A stretch of 39,398 nucleotides of DNA from a virus. Positions 17,627 through 27,746 of this stretch are shown one piece after another. Under the pieces are notes generated by a model. That model was given only the letters and a program-made list of their open reading frames with translations, did not search any database and was not told where the DNA came from. Position numbers and translations under genes: made by a program. Positions within the stretch are counted from its first letter, which is position 1; each line of letters begins with the position of its first letter. Location of the stretch: the UHGV virus genome UHGV-0204463; one strand, given 5' to 3'.

Positions 17627-17840
17627 TTTTATTTCCTCCAATCCCTCTAAAGAGGGTTTTATTTTGCTCTTCCAATCGGCTAATGCGTATTTCATGGTTA
17701 TTTAAACGTTCAACAGCTTCCTTTAGTTCTTTCATGCTATCTTCTAATTGAGAAAAGACATGATAAAATTTCATTAATGCGAAAATAATTCCGCCTAAGA
17801 ATGTAATCACTGCTAACCATTGTTCTACTGTTAAGTTCAT
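17619..17840 (-). CDS. holin-like small membrane protein (N-terminal TM plus coiled coil)
   Basis: 73 aa; LAVITFLGGIIFALM helix; translationally coupled to holin. Confidence 0.45.
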   Translation of the reverse strand: MNLTVEQWLAVITFLGGIIFALMKFYHVFSQLEDSMKELKEAVERLNNHEIRISRLEEQNKTLFRGIGGNKND

Positions 17841-18031
17841 CCTGCACCTACTTTCTACTTACAAGAAAAACCGCTTAGCTTTCGCTAAACGGTTCCCCAC
17901 AAATTTTTGTATATTCTTCTTTTGTTAAGCAATTCATAGTCACGTAATCTACTAAATCTTGTTTTGTATAACAATTCCAATCATACAACTGTTTAATATT
18001 ATCGAAACCTGGAAAAGCATTCGTTTTCATC

Positions 18032-18352
18032 TTATTCCGCTCCTTTCGTAAGTTCAGCGACTTGTTTCATCAATTCGCCAGTCATTCTTTGTGTTTGTTG
18101 AATAACTTGATTCTGCAGAGAAACTTGCTTCATTAATTCCGCATTTTGCTTTTGTAAAAGTTCCAATTTCGTTGGTGGTGCTGGCTCTGGGTGTGGTGCA
18201 TTTTCTGGATCATGAATCAATTGTGCGCCATCATAACGCCAATTCATAAAATCAAACGGTTCTTTTTTCACTTCAAGCTTAACATTATCAGGTTGTTCCA
18301 TTGTAGAATAACCTTCTAAATAGCCAATTTTATTTTCAATCCAAATTTTCAT
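18032..18352 (-). CDS. hypothetical phage protein with C-terminal coiled coil
   Basis: 106 aa; sits between fibre genes and lysis cassette. Confidence 0.4.
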   Translation of the reverse strand: MKIWIENKIGYLEGYSTMEQPDNVKLEVKKEPFDFMNWRYDGAQLIHDPENAPHPEPAPPTKLELLQKQNAELMKQVSLQNQVIQQTQRMTGELMKQVAELTKGAE

Positions 18353-18370
18353 AGCTAACTTTCTCCTTTC

Positions 18371-18913
18371 TTAAATTGCATACACCCGTGTCAATACATA
18401 AGGTTTTGCGGTTGTGTTATTATTTTTGTGTCCTAAAATTTGAGTATTGCTTATATAAACATACTTATTGTATGCTGTTCCGTTTAAGGTTTCTAAATGA
18501 TGAACAACAGCACGGCCTCCAAATTCCACTATATGCGTTTTTGGAACAAATACATAGTTCATATCCCAAGGACTTCCTTGACTTGTAGAACTGTCATATG
18601 GTTGATATAAAAATAACCAACCTGAAAGGCATTGATCTAATGGTAAACTTGGATTAATTGATTGATTTTCACCTGCGTACCATGCACCTGACCAAATTTT
18701 TTTACCTACATTTAGTAGTCGATCCATTAAACTTGCATCTAATGATTTATTTCCTACTTTTATCCCATCTTGAAAATTTTTAATTCCGCGCACAGTCTCA
18801 TCACTACCGTCTGCTCTAACGAGTAATCCTGCTACGCCATCAATAGCTGCAGCGTGTGTTTTAAGATAGACTGGTTTTCCTTTTTCTTTTAATTGAACAA
18901 TATCTGTTGTCAT
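18371..18913 (-). CDS. tail fibre / receptor-binding protein (distal module)
   Basis: 180 aa; N-terminal MTTDIVQLKEKG...THAAAIDGVAG shared with next gene. Confidence 0.5.
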   Translation of the reverse strand: MTTDIVQLKEKGKPVYLKTHAAAIDGVAGLLVRADGSDETVRGIKNFQDGIKVGNKSLDASLMDRLLNVGKKIWSGAWYAGENQSINPSLPLDQCLSGWLFLYQPYDSSTSQGSPWDMNYVFVPKTHIVEFGGRAVVHHLETLNGTAYNKYVYISNTQILGHKNNNTTAKPYVLTRVYAI

Positions 18914-19200
18914 TACACTTCCCCTACCTTTTCAAACGTAATTGCTGGCAATCCATCTAGTTTTGTTTTATCTTCTTTAGACATCAAGCCATTTTTTATT
19001 GAGGTTGCAACGTCTGTCGTTGTTGCATTTTGCCCTGCTGGACCTTGCGGACCAACGTCTACTTTATCTCCTTTTGAACCTTGTGGCCCTGGGTCTCCCT
19101 TTTCACCTTTTAATACTTCTGGTTTCCCTTCCACGGCATTCCAATGTGTTTGAGGAAATACCTGTGTTCCTCCTTGTTTTACTTTAACAATGTCTGTCAT
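18913..19200 (-). CDS. collagen-like (Gly-X-Y) repeat tail fibre protein
   Basis: GEKGDPGPQGSKGDKVDVGPQGPAGQ repeats; ends PAITFEKVGEV. Confidence 0.55.
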   Translation of the reverse strand: MTDIVKVKQGGTQVFPQTHWNAVEGKPEVLKGEKGDPGPQGSKGDKVDVGPQGPAGQNATTTDVATSIKNGLMSKEDKTKLDGLPAITFEKVGEV

Positions 19201-19793
19201 TGCACTTCGCCTACTTTCTCAAACGTAATATCAGGTATTCTGTCAATGGCTTCTTGGACTTTTTGGTCGACATATTGTTGATTCACTCCGCCACCATCGC
19301 CACCACCAGTTGCTGAAATCACACCATCTTCTGAAATAGAAATATTCGCTCCAGCAGTATAACCTTTCAACTCTTCCAGTTTCGATTTTAGTTCAGTGGT
19401 AAAATTTTGATCTGTTTGTTTTACCGCAGACAACGTGCCGTCTTCTGCAATTTCTAACAGTTGGCCAACCTTTATTCCGCCCAATTCGTCTGTAGTAGCG
19501 ATTGGAAGAATATACACGCCTCCCTCGCCATTTGACAATCGTTGAAACATTTCAGAAGTGATAATACCGTCTGTTTCTTCTGTTGCGTAAGGAAGTTCTG
19601 TCAGTGCATTTTCTAAGCCTAGATCTGCTTTAGTGATAATTACTGCCCCAGTGTATCCATTAACAGATAATACTTTTGATTGACCCGCAATAATTTTTTC
19701 TAATCCTCGAACAGCAGATACATGTGTTATAGGATAAAACTGACGTTCCACACCATTTTCTTCGGTTTCCATCATGCGTTTTGCTTTAACCAC
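19197..19793 (-). CDS. baseplate / tail fibre protein
   Basis: 198 aa; ends ITFEKVGEVQ; position after BppU-like gene. Confidence 0.45.
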   Translation of the reverse strand: MVKAKRMMETEENGVERQFYPITHVSAVRGLEKIIAGQSKVLSVNGYTGAVIITKADLGLENALTELPYATEETDGIITSEMFQRLSNGEGGVYILPIATTDELGGIKVGQLLEIAEDGTLSAVKQTDQNFTTELKSKLEELKGYTAGANISISEDGVISATGGGDGGGVNQQYVDQKVQEAIDRIPDITFEKVGEVQ

Positions 19794-20667
19794 TTATTTC
19801 ACCCACTTTTTCAAACACATAAGCGTTCTGTTTTGTATCATCAACTGTTGCGATAACCAATGCCCCATCGGTCACAGGATAATCAATTTTTCCAACAATT
19901 TCTGTTTCATGATTCAGCGAAAAAGCATCATCTTGTAAAATAATTAAGTCACTTATTTCGCCATATTCTAACGTATATAAGCGTTTCTCTAATTTCTGAT
20001 ACAAATATTCCATATCTGCCAATAAACGTTCAGAAATTGAATTGTGGCGCACTCCTTGAATGTCTACACGAGCATCCATTAGCTCGGCTAACATCGTACC
20101 GCCAGGATCAATCGTTTTTAAAATATCTTTGATTGATTCGAACCATGAAGTGAAATCTGTTTTTTGCGCATCTCGCCATGCTTCGAACTCTTCTTTTCTG
20201 GCATTCATCCAATCAGTAAAATCGCCCTTATTTTCGTTGATAAAAGCGGTCATGTCTTCGATTAAATCTTCGATGGACTGCCAATAAGAACCCATTTCGC
20301 CCTCTGTTTTAGAAGCAGCATTCACTACAAAGTAAGAAAAGTTTTGCGTTGCACCAATCAGGTTATCACCTTTATGAATACTGAAATATGCTTCTTGTCT
20401 GTGTAACGACTGCATAGAATATTCATCAAAGGTATACTGAATAATCCCTTTTTTGGCATTCACAATTTTTGCTGAACGTTGAATCGGATATTTATTATCA
20501 ATAACCGATTCAAAAAAAACTTCGCAACCTGTTAAATCAAGTGGCCAAGCATTTTCAACTAGTATGGCTTCTAAGACTTCTGTGTTTCGATTTCCTTGTC
20601 GTACATTCTGAATCCCAATGTAATTGTAAGGTTCAGTTGTACTTAGCGTTGCTTGCCATTTAACCAT
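19786..20667 (-). CDS. BppU-like upper baseplate protein
   Basis: N-terminal ATLSTTEPYNYIGIQNVRQGNRNTEVLEAILVENAWP resembles lactococcal TP901-1 BppU N-domain (from memory). Confidence 0.65.
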   Translation of the reverse strand: MVKWQATLSTTEPYNYIGIQNVRQGNRNTEVLEAILVENAWPLDLTGCEVFFESVIDNKYPIQRSAKIVNAKKGIIQYTFDEYSMQSLHRQEAYFSIHKGDNLIGATQNFSYFVVNAASKTEGEMGSYWQSIEDLIEDMTAFINENKGDFTDWMNARKEEFEAWRDAQKTDFTSWFESIKDILKTIDPGGTMLAELMDARVDIQGVRHNSISERLLADMEYLYQKLEKRLYTLEYGEISDLIILQDDAFSLNHETEIVGKIDYPVTDGALVIATVDDTKQNAYVFEKVGEISG

Positions 20668-20685
20668 TGAAAAATCCTCCTTTCG

Positions 20686-23493
20686 TTATTTTGGTGGAAT
20701 AACAATCGATTGAATAGAATTAGCAAAATATAATCGGTCATATTTTGCGACAATTTGCCCTTGCTCGGCGTTCTGTTCTATGGTTTGGATACGTCCGTTA
20801 TTTAAGCCGTAAATCACGCCCGTGTGACCATATGTTGGGTCTACTGTCCAACCTGTTCCCCATTGGCCACCTCGTCTAATATTGACGATTGCTCCTACCA
20901 CTAAATCTTGATACGTTGGATTTTGGATTACTCGCCAACCTACCGCATTCCAATCATATGCTTCACCAATATCTGCAGCAGATGATGTATCACCAATTAC
21001 ATGTGAAAAGCCATAAATTGTTCCTGCACCTAAACCACAGCCGCCCATAAAACCAGAATATTCGGCTGGAACGGCATAACATTGCCCATTACCAAGCCAT
21101 TTGCCCATTAAGGTCTCCAAATGTTCTATGCCAGCTTTTCCTGTTGCAGTAGAAGCTTTCAAATCTTTGAATTTGTCATACCATACTTGTGCATAGGTTT
21201 GTCTTTCTGGATGTGCTGCAGCTGGACGTTCAAAGTTTAATTCAAACGCATAAGCAGCTGTTTTAGGCGAGCTGACAACTTTAAATTCATCAACTGTTAA
21301 TGGACTTACTTGTCCTAACCATTGCCCATTGAACATACACCAATTAATTAATTGAGCTTGGGCTAATGACGTCCTATAGTCTTGTTTGATACCTGCAGCT
21401 GCGATTAAGCGTTGTACATATTCTCGGCCATTCCAAGTTGGTGCACCTACCAATGGATATGCTGAACCGTCCCATTGAACCCATCCGTAAGCTGGACCGC
21501 CTATTTGTTCGGCATCTGGGTTCATACTTGGACCAACTTCTCCTTGTACATTTCCAAGGATACCTGCAGCAGCTGCTTTGCTGTATCCGTTAGCTAATAG
21601 GTAACTCCATAAGTCCCAAGCAAATTTATCTGCATCGCTTGTAACTTCTGATGGATAACCACCTGTTCCAGCTCCAGAACCGCCACCACCATTTTGACCA
21701 GGTATAACTTCTTTGCCGCCCACAATCAATCGATCAACTGTCAGAATTGCTTTACTTCCATTTGGACCAAAAAAGTTAAAATTATTTCCAACAAAAAACT
21801 GTGTAGGACCAGTAATTAAATGTCCTGTGCCTGATTGGTTAGACAAACCAATAATTTTTTGGGGATTATCTGCGACTAATAGTAATGAATTCCCATCAGA
21901 AACTACAGGATTTCCATTTTTATCTGCTAACCCTGGAAAAGGATTTCCCTTTGTTCCCATCGTGCCAACGTGACTATTACCATTCCAAAACTCCATCCCT
22001 TTTTTAGTTAATTCCATGATTTTTTTCTTATTATTCCAAGCTTGTAAAGTACCGTTTACCATACGTAAAATATCTCCACAGCTATTAAATGATGTTTCAA
22101 AAATATTAGATTTTATTTTGCCAGCTCCTATAAAGTCCGCATTCAATACTCCATTAATTCCCCACGCATTTTTAAATGGACCTTTCCAGCCAGTTCTTGA
22201 GAATCCAATTCCTTTGTTATTAATTGCAATCACATCTTTTGCAGTATCCGTGGATTCCGTATCTAAGTAATAATGGGTATTAGGTCGATTTTTAGGATAT
22301 TGAAGTATACTTCCACCTTCAACACCGTTAATCAAATTAGTAATATAATCTACAAAATCACTCATATACTCTTTTTTTGTCAATGTTTTTATAGCTTCTT
22401 GAAAGTCTTGGCTTTGCTGTTTATAAAAAGCAACTTGGATATCTCCCGCAGTGATTTTTATTGTTTTTTCTGCTAAAGCATCATAGACAATTCCTGTAAC
22501 TTTCGTTTGAATGTCAATATCATAAAGCTTGTGGTATACAGTGAATGTATCGAATAAATTATAGTTACGCATCTTAGCAAATTCTTTTGCTTCTTCTGAA
22601 TCTGTAAGTTTCTCAATTTCTAATTCAATAGAAACTTTAGGCTTATCACTTCCTGGATATAATGTAGTGAAGTATTTACTTGCCACTTTATTTAAGCTAG
22701 CTATATCTTTTACTCCTTGATCTTCAGTAAACTGAATGTATTGAGCGTAAACATCAGGATACTTACTGATATATTCGCTTTTAACTGCATTTCCATAAAT
22801 CCGTTGAGAAGTTCCGTCTGCTCCACTTTGAAGCTCTGCAAATGGCAAAACTTTAGTAACAATTGATTGCCAATCAAATTTAATGGTTAATCCTTTTAAA
22901 TCTTTACCATAACGAACAGTTCCAACGTTATCTCGTCCTCTACGCCTTAGCAAAGATAATTTAAAAGGCTCTCGTTTTATTTCTCCGCCCCAGTATTGAA
23001 GTAGAGAACCTTGTTCCCCTGCAATACAATTCAATACATTTCTAGCTTCAAATGTAGTGCTAGAAGCTGTATTTATATCAGAATATAGTTTGATATCACA
23101 AGGTTCGTCCATGTTCTGTTCGATTAATTTCATTGCTTCTGCACCATTACGATTATCAACTGTTACTAGCCTCACTTGTCTGTTTCCTAGCTTATAAGTA
23201 CGAGATTGGGCATAAATAACAATGCTATTAGTAAAAGTATCTTTAAACGTTTGTTTGATCTCAAAAATGTGGTATTCTTCTAAGTCATTTGGCTTTGCTT
23301 TAATTTGATAGCCATTTTCGAAATAATCACTAAATCTGCTAATCGCTGGATAGTCCATTTCTAGTTCATATTTTCCGTTTGCTTCTTCAGTGATTTCGCA
23401 ACGTGTCGCATCAACAAGACGTCCTAATCCATTTGTTGAAAAATCTTTTTCTCCAGGTTTAAAAATAACTGGAATCAAACCTTTCGCCTCCAA
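20686..23493 (-). CDS. tail-associated lysin: tail endopeptidase N-region plus tail-tip lysozyme-like and CHAP domains
   Basis: 935 aa; AAAAGILGNVQGEVGPSMNP lysozyme-like segment; C-terminal NGQCYAVPAEY...GHTGVI (Cys/His) CHAP-like. Confidence 0.75.
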   Translation of the reverse strand: MEAKGLIPVIFKPGEKDFSTNGLGRLVDATRCEITEEANGKYELEMDYPAISRFSDYFENGYQIKAKPNDLEEYHIFEIKQTFKDTFTNSIVIYAQSRTYKLGNRQVRLVTVDNRNGAEAMKLIEQNMDEPCDIKLYSDINTASSTTFEARNVLNCIAGEQGSLLQYWGGEIKREPFKLSLLRRRGRDNVGTVRYGKDLKGLTIKFDWQSIVTKVLPFAELQSGADGTSQRIYGNAVKSEYISKYPDVYAQYIQFTEDQGVKDIASLNKVASKYFTTLYPGSDKPKVSIELEIEKLTDSEEAKEFAKMRNYNLFDTFTVYHKLYDIDIQTKVTGIVYDALAEKTIKITAGDIQVAFYKQQSQDFQEAIKTLTKKEYMSDFVDYITNLINGVEGGSILQYPKNRPNTHYYLDTESTDTAKDVIAINNKGIGFSRTGWKGPFKNAWGINGVLNADFIGAGKIKSNIFETSFNSCGDILRMVNGTLQAWNNKKKIMELTKKGMEFWNGNSHVGTMGTKGNPFPGLADKNGNPVVSDGNSLLLVADNPQKIIGLSNQSGTGHLITGPTQFFVGNNFNFFGPNGSKAILTVDRLIVGGKEVIPGQNGGGGSGAGTGGYPSEVTSDADKFAWDLWSYLLANGYSKAAAAGILGNVQGEVGPSMNPDAEQIGGPAYGWVQWDGSAYPLVGAPTWNGREYVQRLIAAAGIKQDYRTSLAQAQLINWCMFNGQWLGQVSPLTVDEFKVVSSPKTAAYAFELNFERPAAAHPERQTYAQVWYDKFKDLKASTATGKAGIEHLETLMGKWLGNGQCYAVPAEYSGFMGGCGLGAGTIYGFSHVIGDTSSAADIGEAYDWNAVGWRVIQNPTYQDLVVGAIVNIRRGGQWGTGWTVDPTYGHTGVIYGLNNGRIQTIEQNAEQGQIVAKYDRLYFANSIQSIVIPPK

Positions 23494-24251
23494 TTCGGCT
23501 GAACCTTAAACTCTGTTACTTTACCAGTCCAGCGAAAATTATTCTCTCCACATTTTAAAATCGGATAATCTTTAAAAAGTGTTTTATGATCCAAGATTTC
23601 AAATGCTCCACCTGATTTTCTATAAGCTTCTTGTTTTTCTGAATCTATAATGATGTCACCGTTAATTGCTTTTAATGAATATGATTGATTATTGATAAAA
23701 AAAGAAATATCCCCAGACCCCAAAATATGAATAATGGGTTCTGAAGGATATTTTTCTGTATTGATTAACTGATTAGGATTACTTATCCAATATTGGCCAA
23801 TACGATTTTTCTTAAAAGGTCGGATACTTACAGTAAATTCAAAAGGAATTAAAACCCCGCTTTTTCTTGTTCCTGTAAATTTTGGTGGACTCGTTACAAT
23901 CGCCTGATAAATATAATGCTCATCAAAATAGACAATAAAATCAGAATAGTTTCCCATATCGAGCCAAAAGGAAATTTCATCTTCTAAAAAAGAAACTTCT
24001 TGTAAAGTATTTGCTTTCGCATAGCATGTAATGGTACGTTCTACATTTTTATAATATGCAAAATCAACGGCTATTGAATCATTACCCATTCGCTCCCTAA
24101 GCTCTACCACACGTCCTGCAGAAAGTCGTTCAGGTCTTTCTCTCATAAATACATTGAATTCAGAACTATGTTTTCCATTAAGAAAAAACTGTCCTCTTTT
24201 AAATTCCACCAAAAGCACCCCCCGTTGCATCACTATCTCTATTTTTAACAA
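23475..24251 (-). CDS. distal tail protein (Dit)
   Basis: 258 aa between tape-measure and tail lysin genes. Confidence 0.65.
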   Translation of the reverse strand: MLKIEIVMQRGVLLVEFKRGQFFLNGKHSSEFNVFMRERPERLSAGRVVELRERMGNDSIAVDFAYYKNVERTITCYAKANTLQEVSFLEDEISFWLDMGNYSDFIVYFDEHYIYQAIVTSPPKFTGTRKSGVLIPFEFTVSIRPFKKNRIGQYWISNPNQLINTEKYPSEPIIHILGSGDISFFINNQSYSLKAINGDIIIDSEKQEAYRKSGGAFEILDHKTLFKDYPILKCGENNFRWTGKVTEFKVQPNWRRKV

Positions 24252-27123
24252 TTTGAATATACTTAACGAGGTCTTTAGCCATATCCATTAATTGTTTTTC
24301 ATTTAATTTTCCCATAGCTTGTATATTGATATTGAAAGTATCACCGCCAATATTAGTCGTAGCATTACCTTTATTTTTAGCTAAGCTTTCTGTTTGAGCT
24401 CCTTGTTGGTTGATATATCTGCCAGTAGTAGAAAAATTTGGTAACTCTGTTGGTAAATCAGTCATTTTTTTCACTGATTTGTCAAGCGTTCCTTTTTCTT
24501 GGTCAATACCAGCTACAACACCTAATACAATATTTTTACCAATCATATCCCGCATCCATCTTGAAGGTGAATGAATGCCTAAAGCACCTTTGATTTTTTC
24601 TTTAATATTACCAGCAACTTCTTTAATTTTTTTATTCACAGCACCAATCATTGAACCAATACCGTTAACTAATCCTTGGATAATATTTTTACCAATTTCA
24701 AATAAATCGATATGGCGCATATCATTAAAGGTTTGCTTCACATTTTCAACTGTATCACTAACGCTTCTTTTAAGATTATTCCACGCATTTTTAGCACCTT
24801 GTACCAAATTGTTGAAAATATTAACTGTTCCCTGTTTTAAGTTTTCCCAACCGTTAATGATGCCGTCTTTTATACCTGTCACAAGATCAACAATCCACTG
24901 TTTAAAATTATTCCAGGTATCTTTTGACCATTGAACAGTTGCGTTAAATGTATCAACTGTGCCTTGTTTTAAGCTATTCCAACCATCAATTACACCATTT
25001 TTAATGTTTTCTACTGTTTCAAAGAACCAAGTTTTCAAACTTTCCCATATTCTAATTGCTTCAAATTTAATATTTATCCACGTTTCGATGATAGAATATT
25101 TAATTTCAATCCAAACGTTGATTGCTCCATATTTAATGTCAATCCAGAGTAAGGTGAAAAATAACTTCACATCAATCCAAATCTTTTTAATTGTCAACAT
25201 CAATCCATTGAAAATAGAAGTGACTGAATAGGAAATAGCTGTAACAGTGTTATAAAAGATATTTTTAATCCCGAACCAAATAGTCTGAGCAGCTTCAGCA
25301 ATATTATCCCAAACGGCAATCATGTTTTCTTTTGCCTCTTCCCATCCACCTGTGATCATTGATGTAATGAAAAGAATTGGAGCTAATAGAACATTTTTTA
25401 GAATGGTGACGACATTTTCAGCGATCATTTTGACATTTTCAATGTTCGCTTTCATAGCGTTAACAACCATTTTAAACGCATTTTTGATTCCTGTTACATA
25501 TGGACCAATATATTTCCAAACAAAATCAAATGCTGTTGTGAAAACATCTGATATTGATTTTCCAACACCCTTAAACCAATCTTTCACATTATCAAAGCCA
25601 TTTTTAAAACTTTCTCCAACACTTTTAGCACTGTCAGCAGCACTTTGTTTAATATTTTCCCATGTATTTTTTGAGCCTTCTTTTGTTGAATTCCAAAGTC
25701 CACTGAAAAATTCCTTGGTACCGTTCCACTTATTTTTAACCCAGTCGGCTGCATTTCCAGGTGCTTCTTTCATCCATGTGCCAGCATTCGAAAAAGCCTC
25801 TTTTGTGCCATCCCACATGTTGCTGAAAAATTCCATTGTGGAATTCCAGGCTTTTACAACTACATCAGCAGCGCTTGAGATGACCTCCTGTATATTTTTC
25901 CAAATGTTTTTGACAGCATCTCTAAAGCCTTCATTAGTTTTCCATAGATAAATAAACGCTGTGACTAACCCTACTACAGCAGTTAAGATTGCGACAAAAG
26001 GATTTGATAGCATTGTCTTATTTAAAATTGCTTGAGCTATCGAAAGTGCTTCTGTACCTTCCCTCCAAGCTTTAAATGCTGCATTCACTTTATTCACAAG
26101 CATCAACGTTCCAATGCTGCCAGCTAAACCTGCAAGCAATGGTGCATAAGGTTTTAACGTATCATACAATGTTTTGGCTGTTTTTATCATTGGCGGAATC
26201 ATCTCGGCAAATTTAGATAAAGCTGCTTCCATTTTTGCCCCTTTGTCAGCAATGATTTCACTTATACTTCCAAAACCCGCACTTTTTAAACCTTCGTCAA
26301 TTTTAGTTACAACGTTGGCCACACCACGGACGATTGCAGTCTTCATGTTAGCTAAACCTGTTTTAATACCAGCGGTAGAATCTTTAGCAATCTGTTCTAA
26401 TGATTTAAGACCGCCACCGCCTTCTTTATTTAATTTGATTAAAGCATCTTGGAATTCTTCAACTGAAATTGAGCCATCGGAAAGACCTTCTTTCATCTGA
26501 CCAGCTGTTAATCCCATTTGTTTCGCCAAAGCATTCAACGCTGGACCCAAACCACTGTTAATCATTGAGTTCCAAGTTTGCGCATCTACTTTACCATTAG
26601 AAAATGACTGTGAAAGCTGAATAATAGCATTTTCTACCATTTCAGCAGAACCACCAAAACCGAGGATACCGTTATTTAAAGCTGCGAAAATCTGTTCTGA
26701 CTTCCCTAAATCATTTGTTGATGAAGCGATTAATTGAACACCTTTAATAGCGCTATCTAACGGCGTAGGCAGCCCTTGGATACTTTTCTTTAAGCTATCC
26801 ATTGTTTTAGATGTTTCACCAGCTGAAAAGCCCATATTTTCAAACACACGATTTGCGTTATTTAACGTATCTACACGATTAATGGCCCCGTCGATGTTGC
26901 TGGTAATCAATCCAATACCTTTAGAGATAATTTTAGTTGCTCCGCTAGCTAAAAAGTTACCAACAAAAGACGTCCATATGCTCCCAAGAGATCGGCCGCC
27001 TTTTTGTCCTGTTCTATCAACTTCAACATCAAAGCCTTGTAACTTTTTTACTGCTGAATTTAATCCTTGTGAAAAGCCAGATTCATCCAGTATCATTTTT
27101 AAGACTAAGTCTTCATTGTTCAA
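24199..27123 (-). CDS. tape measure protein (TTG start)
   Basis: 974 aa; hydrophobic central segments; tandem Trp-containing repeats (GWNSLKQGTVDTFN / GWENLKQGTVNIFN); RBS GAGGGAGGGG. Confidence 0.85.
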   Translation of the reverse strand: MNNEDLVLKMILDESGFSQGLNSAVKKLQGFDVEVDRTGQKGGRSLGSIWTSFVGNFLASGATKIISKGIGLITSNIDGAINRVDTLNNANRVFENMGFSAGETSKTMDSLKKSIQGLPTPLDSAIKGVQLIASSTNDLGKSEQIFAALNNGILGFGGSAEMVENAIIQLSQSFSNGKVDAQTWNSMINSGLGPALNALAKQMGLTAGQMKEGLSDGSISVEEFQDALIKLNKEGGGGLKSLEQIAKDSTAGIKTGLANMKTAIVRGVANVVTKIDEGLKSAGFGSISEIIADKGAKMEAALSKFAEMIPPMIKTAKTLYDTLKPYAPLLAGLAGSIGTLMLVNKVNAAFKAWREGTEALSIAQAILNKTMLSNPFVAILTAVVGLVTAFIYLWKTNEGFRDAVKNIWKNIQEVISSAADVVVKAWNSTMEFFSNMWDGTKEAFSNAGTWMKEAPGNAADWVKNKWNGTKEFFSGLWNSTKEGSKNTWENIKQSAADSAKSVGESFKNGFDNVKDWFKGVGKSISDVFTTAFDFVWKYIGPYVTGIKNAFKMVVNAMKANIENVKMIAENVVTILKNVLLAPILFITSMITGGWEEAKENMIAVWDNIAEAAQTIWFGIKNIFYNTVTAISYSVTSIFNGLMLTIKKIWIDVKLFFTLLWIDIKYGAINVWIEIKYSIIETWINIKFEAIRIWESLKTWFFETVENIKNGVIDGWNSLKQGTVDTFNATVQWSKDTWNNFKQWIVDLVTGIKDGIINGWENLKQGTVNIFNNLVQGAKNAWNNLKRSVSDTVENVKQTFNDMRHIDLFEIGKNIIQGLVNGIGSMIGAVNKKIKEVAGNIKEKIKGALGIHSPSRWMRDMIGKNIVLGVVAGIDQEKGTLDKSVKKMTDLPTELPNFSTTGRYINQQGAQTESLAKNKGNATTNIGGDTFNINIQAMGKLNEKQLMDMAKDLVKYIQIVKNRDSDATGGAFGGI

Positions 27124-27140
27124 AAAGTACCCCCTCCCTC

Positions 27141-27694
27141 TTAGAACATAGTATTTTCATCAAGATATTTGATATTTTCAAATTCGTCTACAGCATCTTT
27201 AAATGCATAAATTTTCAAAAGCTCGTTTAAATCTGTGTTTTCGATCTCATTTAAAGTCCACCCATTCTCAAGAAGCGAACTTTTTAGTTCTGCTTCTCGA
27301 TATTGTGGCGTGTACTTAAAATGAGGATGATATAAAAGTTCCGTTACTTTTTTTTCTGTTCAGAATAAATTGCATCATAACCAGAAGTAACAGAACCTAA
27401 CAATTGAGCTGTAATTTTCAATAATTCACGAGCATCCATACCGTCAATATATTCTTGTCCAGTAAACTGTTTTTCAAAAATAACGTCAGCAATAAAGTCA
27501 TAGCATTCTCTTAAAATAGGACGAATTGCTTCCATATCATTTGTTTTTGTTGCTTCTTCTAACCTGATTTGTAAATCCGTACCTGTATCCATGACTGAAC
27601 CTGGTAAAAATTCTGCCGACGTGAATTGTTTTGTAGTATATTTGCTTCCATCTTTAATCATTAATTTAATTTTTTGTTGAAATTTACTTGCCAT
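27141..27694 (-). CDS. tail assembly chaperone pair (G-like ORF 27344-27694; -1 frameshift product extends to 27141)
   Basis: slippery A_AAA_AAG at 27348-27354 just before TAA stop; -1 frame stays open for about 70 codons, ending just before the TMP start. Confidence 0.65.
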
Positions 27695-27746
27695 TTTAAT
27701 TCCTCCATATAAAATAGGACGACAAGGTCGTCCTAAACTGTTATTT

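Noticed and set aside
24575-26500. Several plus-strand ORFs (119, 90, 209, 108 aa) inside the tape-measure gene
   Set aside because: They are antisense to a very long, well-supported TMP ORF. Their translations are low-complexity and hydrophobic, typical of reverse-frame artefacts in AT-rich DNA.
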